This document shows, piece after piece, positions 28,605 through 32,000 of a stretch of 32,000 nucleotides of DNA (positions within the stretch are counted from its first letter, which is position 1; each line of letters opens with the position of its first letter). The DNA comes from Candidatus Saccharimonadota bacterium (GTDB lineage: Bacteria; Pseudomonadota; Gammaproteobacteria; Enterobacterales; Enterobacteriaceae): positions 240,819 to 272,818 of the forward strand of contig NZ_CP046222.1 in assembly GCF_012571795.1 (NCBI RefSeq), given 5' to 3'. Under the pieces are notes generated by a model, which made no database searches, was not told where the DNA came from, and saw only the letters and a list, made by a program, of their open reading frames with translations. The translations under genes and the position numbers were made by a program.

Positions 28605-28728
28605 TATTACTATGATAATAACAAAAAAAATATATTAAAGTCTAGTATTTTAAACAAAAATATTATGTTACATTTTTTGTATATAATATTAAATATTTAA
28701 ACATTTAATATTATACCTAATAATATAA

Positions 28729-29988
28729 TTATGATCTTTTCATCATATTAAAAAAATCATTATTAGTTTTTGTCATAGATAATTTATTAATTAAAAACTC
28801 CATAGCATCTATTTCACTCATAGGATGTATTATTTTACGTAAAATCCACATTTTTTGTAATTCTTCTGTTGAACTTAGTAATTCTTCTTTTCTAGTACCT
28901 GATCTATTATAATCAATTGCTGGAAATACTCTTTTTTCTGCTATTTTACGTGATAAATGTAATTCCATATTACCTGTTCCTTTAAATTCTTCATAAATTA
29001 CATCATCCATTTTAGAACCAGTATCTATTAATGCTGTGGCAATAATAGTTAAACTACCACCTTCTTCTACATTTCGTGCAGCACCGAAAAAACGTTTAGG
29101 CCGATGTAACGCATTAGCGTCAACACCACCAGTTAATACCTTTCCTGAAGCAGGAGCTATTGTATTATAAGCACGAGCTAAACGTGTAATAGAATCTAAC
29201 AAAATAATTACATCTGCTTTATGTTCAACTAATCTTTTAGCTTTTTCAATAACCATTTCGGACACTTGTACATGTCTTAATGATGGTTCGTCAAAAGTAG
29301 ATGCAATTACTTCTCCTTTTACTAATCTTTGCATTTCAGTTACTTCTTCAGGTCTTTCATCAATTAGTAAAACCATTAATATACAATCAGGATGATTATA
29401 TGCAACACTTTGTGCAATATTTTGTAACAACATAGTTTTGCCAGCTTTTGGTGGTGCTACTATTAAACCTCTTTGCCCGCGACCAATTGGTGATGCTAAA
29501 TCTAATACACGAGATGTTAAATCTTCAGTAGTACCATTGCCTCTTTCCATACTTAAACGATTATTAGCATGTAATGGAGTTAAATTTTCAAATAAAATTT
29601 TATTACGAGCATTTTCAGGTTTATCAAAATTAACTTTATTAACTTTTAATAAAGCGAAATATCTTTCACCATCTTTAGGTGGTCTAATTTTTCCTGAAAT
29701 TGTATCTCCAGTACGTAAATTAAATCTTCTAATTTGACTTGGAGATACATATATATCATCTGGTCCAGCTAAGTAAGAACTATCAGCAGAACGCAAAAAG
29801 CCAAATCCATCTTGCAAGATTTCTAATATGCCATCACCAAAAATATCTTCTCCAATTTTGGAATGTTGTTTGAGTATAGTAAAAATAATATCTTGTTTGC
29901 GCATTCTAGCTAAATTAGCTAAATCAATGCTTTCACCTAAATATATTAACTCAGATATTGTTTTTTTTTTTAATTCGGTAAGATTCAT
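28729..29988 (-). CDS. rho: Transcription termination factor Rho
   Basis: The 419-aa ORF has the same length as E. coli Rho and is very highly conserved ([44 protein letters not shown]; Walker A PPKAGKT; [13 protein letters not shown]). Confidence 0.98.
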   Translation of the reverse strand: MNLTELKKKTISELIYLGESIDLANLARMRKQDIIFTILKQHSKIGEDIFGDGILEILQDGFGFLRSADSSYLAGPDDIYVSPSQIRRFNLRTGDTISGKIRPPKDGERYFALLKVNKVNFDKPENARNKILFENLTPLHANNRLSMERGNGTTEDLTSRVLDLASPIGRGQRGLIVAPPKAGKTMLLQNIAQSVAYNHPDCILMVLLIDERPEEVTEMQRLVKGEVIASTFDEPSLRHVQVSEMVIEKAKRLVEHKADVIILLDSITRLARAYNTIAPASGKVLTGGVDANALHRPKRFFGAARNVEEGGSLTIIATALIDTGSKMDDVIYEEFKGTGNMELHLSRKIAEKRVFPAIDYNRSGTRKEELLSSTEELQKMWILRKIIHPMSEIDAMEFLINKLSMTKTNNDFFNMMKRS

Positions 29989-30212
29989 AATGGTGAGGTC
30001 TTAAACTTTGAGTATATCGTGAGGTTTTATATAAAAATATTTATGGTCTAATAAGTTATTGATTAATAAATCATAAATTATATTTAAAAACTAAGAAAAT
30101 GTTACAATAAATAAATATAATAATTAAATTTTCATAATAATACATATCTCCTATAAAAATAATATATATAAAATATTTTATATAAAAAATTTACAAAAAT
30201 AAATATATCTTA

Positions 30213-30545
30213 TTAAGAACAATTTTTATCTAAAAATTGTTTCAACTGTTGTTTATTCATAGAACCTATTATATGATCAATAATTTTACCATTTTTAAAT
30301 AAAAAAACTGTTGGTATACTACGAATATTATATTTTTGTGCTATATTTGGATATTTCTCAATATTTAATTTAGTAAAAATGATGTTTGGATATTGTAATT
30401 TAGTAGAAATTAAAACTTCAGTAAACATTTTACATGGATTACACCATTCAGCCCAAAAATCTACTAATACAAATACATCTAAATTAATTTTAGATTGAAA
30501 TTCTATATCTGTTAAATTAATTAAGGATATCGTATTATTATTCAT
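30213..30545 (-). CDS. trxA: Thioredoxin 1 (variant CNPC active site)
   Basis: I place the start at the internal ATG at 30545. The resulting 110-aa protein, MNNNTISLINLTD..VLVDFWAEWCNPCKM..KLNI..IRSIPT..FKNG..LKQFLD, is collinear with the 109-aa E. coli TrxA. The 71 upstream codons of the track ORF have no thioredoxin counterpart. It lies upstream of rho as in E. coli. Confidence 0.88.
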   Translation of the reverse strand: MNNNTISLINLTDIEFQSKINLDVFVLVDFWAEWCNPCKMFTEVLISTKLQYPNIIFTKLNIEKYPNIAQKYNIRSIPTVFLFKNGKIIDHIIGSMNKQQLKQFLDKNCS

Positions 30546-30713
30546 GTAAATTAAAACCTTTATAAAATAAGTATTACGAATTTCTATAATATACAAGAAA
30601 TGATACAATTTGTATATATTTTTATTACAAGTTATCAAATTTAACATATATAATTCTATATTATAAATAATAATTTTACAAGTATATTTATATGTTATTT
30701 TTATATATTTTTT

Positions 30714-30742
30714 TTGACATAAGAAATAAAAATTAATATAAT
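30714..30742 (+). promoter_or_regulatory. Candidate sigma-70 promoter for dksA (consensus -35, 17-bp spacer, consensus -10)
   Basis: TTGACA lies at 30714-30719, followed by exactly 17 nt, then TATAAT at 30737-30742. This is about 100 nt upstream of the dksA ATG on the same strand. -10-like hexamers are common in DNA this A+T-rich, so the weight rests on the exact TTGACA and the spacing. Confidence 0.4.
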
Positions 30743-30840
30743 GCAATGCATATTTCACACATTATATTTTATATATTAATAAATATAATTTAATTATAAA
30801 TAATAAAAAAATAAAATTAATTTAATTATGGACATACAGT

Positions 30841-31290
30841 ATGAAAAAAAACCATATATTATCATCTTTAAATATTTTATCTATTGCTGGTGTATTGCCT
30901 TATAAATTAAAACATAATGAAAAATATATGAATCATAAACAAATTTCACATTTTAAAGTGATACTAGAATCATGGTGTAAAAAACTAAAAAATAAAAAAA
31001 ATATAACGATGAATTATATGAAAAATAAAACCATTAATTTCCCTGATTTAATAGATAGAGCAGTACAAGAAGAAGAATTTAATTTAACATTACGTACTCA
31101 AGAAAGAGAACAAAAACTTATTAAACAAATTGAATATACATTAAAAAAAATTAATACTAATGGTTTTGGTTATTGTGATTTATGTGGTATAGAAATAGGC
31201 ATTAAAAGATTAGAAGCGAGTCCAATAGCAAATTTATGTATTGATTGTAAAACTTTATCAGAAATTAGAGAAAAACAAATAATAGAATAA
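30841..31290 (+). CDS. dksA: RNA polymerase-binding transcription factor DksA
   Basis: The 149-aa ORF carries LSIAGVxPY, the coiled-coil tip FPDxIDRAxQEEEF, and the C4 zinc finger [37 protein letters not shown]. Confidence 0.95.
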   Translation: MKKNHILSSLNILSIAGVLPYKLKHNEKYMNHKQISHFKVILESWCKKLKNKKNITMNYMKNKTINFPDLIDRAVQEEEFNLTLRTQEREQKLIKQIEYTLKKINTNGFGYCDLCGIEIGIKRLEASPIANLCIDCKTLSEIREKQIIE

Positions 31291-31368
31291 TAAAATATAT
31301 TTAATTAAAAAATTATAAAATAGTAAAATATTAATTATTACCAATTAAATATAAATAAGTTTTAATTT

Positions 31369-32000
31369 TTAAATTTTTAATTTTTGTCTTTTTTGTATTA
31401 TATTCCAACAATAAATATATATTATAAAAATAAACATAATTATTAAAAAAATAGTATTCCATACTGATATATTATGTATACCTAAAAAACTATATCTAAA
31501 TCCAGAAACAATATAAAAAATAGGATTAAAATTTGATAATTTTTGCCAAAAAATTGGTAAAATAGAAGTTGAATAAAAAACTCCACCTAAATATGTTAAT
31601 GGAGTTAGAATAAATGTTGGTATAAAATTAATATCGTCAAAATCTTTTGCAAAAATTGCATTTAATAAACCAGATAAAGAGAATAATATAGAAGTTAATA
31701 ACGAAATTATAATAAGAAAAAACCAAGAATATATTTTAAAAGATATAAATAATGTAGATATTAATAATAAAATTGTACCAATAATTAAACTTCTAAAAAT
31801 ACCTCCTCCTATATATCCTAAAATAATAATATGAGTAGAAACAGGTGCAATTAATAATTCCTCTATATTATGTTGAAATTTTGCACTAAAAAAAGATGAT
31901 GCTACATTAGAATATGAATTATTAATCATACTCATCATAATTAATCCTGGTATAATAAATTGTATATAACTAAACCCATTTAATTTCTCAATATGTGAAC
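31369..32000 (-). CDS. yadH: ABC-2 type transporter permease (YadH-like). Partial: the 5' end lies beyond the window.
   Basis: The track ORF (189 aa) matches the C-terminal part of E. coli YadH (NVASSFFxAKFQxNIEELLxAPV, FAKxFDDI, PTFxLTPLTYLGGVFYS, FWQxLSxxNPI, SGFRY). The reading frame stays open upstream to position 32000. That upstream stretch (..LNGFSYIQFIIPGLIMMS) matches GFSYMQFIVPGLIMMS, so the first Met of the track ORF is internal. Confidence 0.85.
   Translation of the reverse strand, partial: SHIEKLNGFSYIQFIIPGLIMMSMINNSYSNVASSFFSAKFQHNIEELLIAPVSTHIIILGYIGGGIFRSLIIGTILLLISTLFISFKIYSWFFLIIISLLTSILFSLSGLLNAIFAKDFDDINFIPTFILTPLTYLGGVFYSTSILPIFWQKLSNFNPIFYIVSGFRYSFLGIHNISVWNTIFLIIMFIFIIYIYCWNIIQKRQKLKI

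Noticed and set aside
28682-28715. A 13-bp perfect inverted repeat (TATAATATTAAAT / ATTTAATATTATA, 8-nt loop) just downstream of rho, as a possible terminator.
   Set aside because: The stem is entirely A/T and therefore very weak. No U-tract follows it on the rho strand. Palindromes of this kind are expected by chance in DNA this A/T-rich.
29438-29737. A 99-aa plus-strand ORF.
   Set aside because: It is antisense inside the most conserved part of rho.
30546-30758. A 71-codon N-terminal extension of the trxA ORF (the track calls 181 aa).
   Set aside because: Thioredoxin homology starts exactly at the internal Met (30545). The extension is Y/I/K/N low-complexity sequence and lies in the divergent promoter region, where the consensus dksA promoter sits on the other strand.
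1-32000. CRISPR arrays, insertion sequences, integrases, prophage or defence/toxin modules, and compositionally foreign islands.
   Set aside because: Every ORF of meaningful length is accounted for by a housekeeping orthologue in E. coli-like synteny. There are no long direct or terminal inverted repeats. The only G/C-rich islands are the tRNAs, the conserved cores of rho and rpoD, and the map/rpoD hairpin.

Overview
This window is a gene-dense, extremely A+T-rich stretch of core housekeeping chromosome (well over three quarters A+T by eye; not computed). The organism looks like a genome-reduced gammaproteobacterium derived from Enterobacterales, of the obligate insect-endosymbiont type. I cannot name the organism from sequence alone.

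I support 29 protein genes, 3 tRNAs, one strong intergenic hairpin and one consensus promoter. In order: suhB, a truncated nfuA, metA, proS, tilS, dnaE, fabZ, skp, bamA, rseP, uppS, dxr, frr, pyrH, tsf, rpsB, map, rpoD, dnaG, rpsU, tsaD, uppP, cca, ribB, tRNA-Pro/His/Arg, rho, trxA, dksA and a partial yadH.

The gene order is a set of E. coli-like syntenic blocks (E. coli order recalled from memory). The blocks have been stitched together by clean deletions:
- lpxD, lpxA, lpxB and rnhB
- accA
- cdsA
- the ttd genes, plsY and folB
- the interval between ribB and cca
- the wec/rff cluster
- leuT
- the interval between yadH and dksA

I see no mobile element, CRISPR array, defence island, toxin system or foreign-composition DNA, so I cannot honestly claim a novel multi-gene system here.

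The most interesting signals are cases of function erosion inside intact ORFs:
- A full-length dxr has lost its metal-binding and substrate-loop residues, while the adjacent uppS is pristine.
- suhB has both inositol-monophosphatase signature motifs broken.
- The ProRS editing domain has been scrubbed of its conserved residues.
- nfuA is reduced to its Nfu domain alone.
- Thioredoxin carries a CNPC active site instead of CGPC.

Also notable: a perfect 23-bp hairpin bridges the map and rpoD stop codons, none of the three tRNA genes encodes CCA although cca lies about 1 kb away, and an SD-preceded mini-ORF sits in the rho leader.
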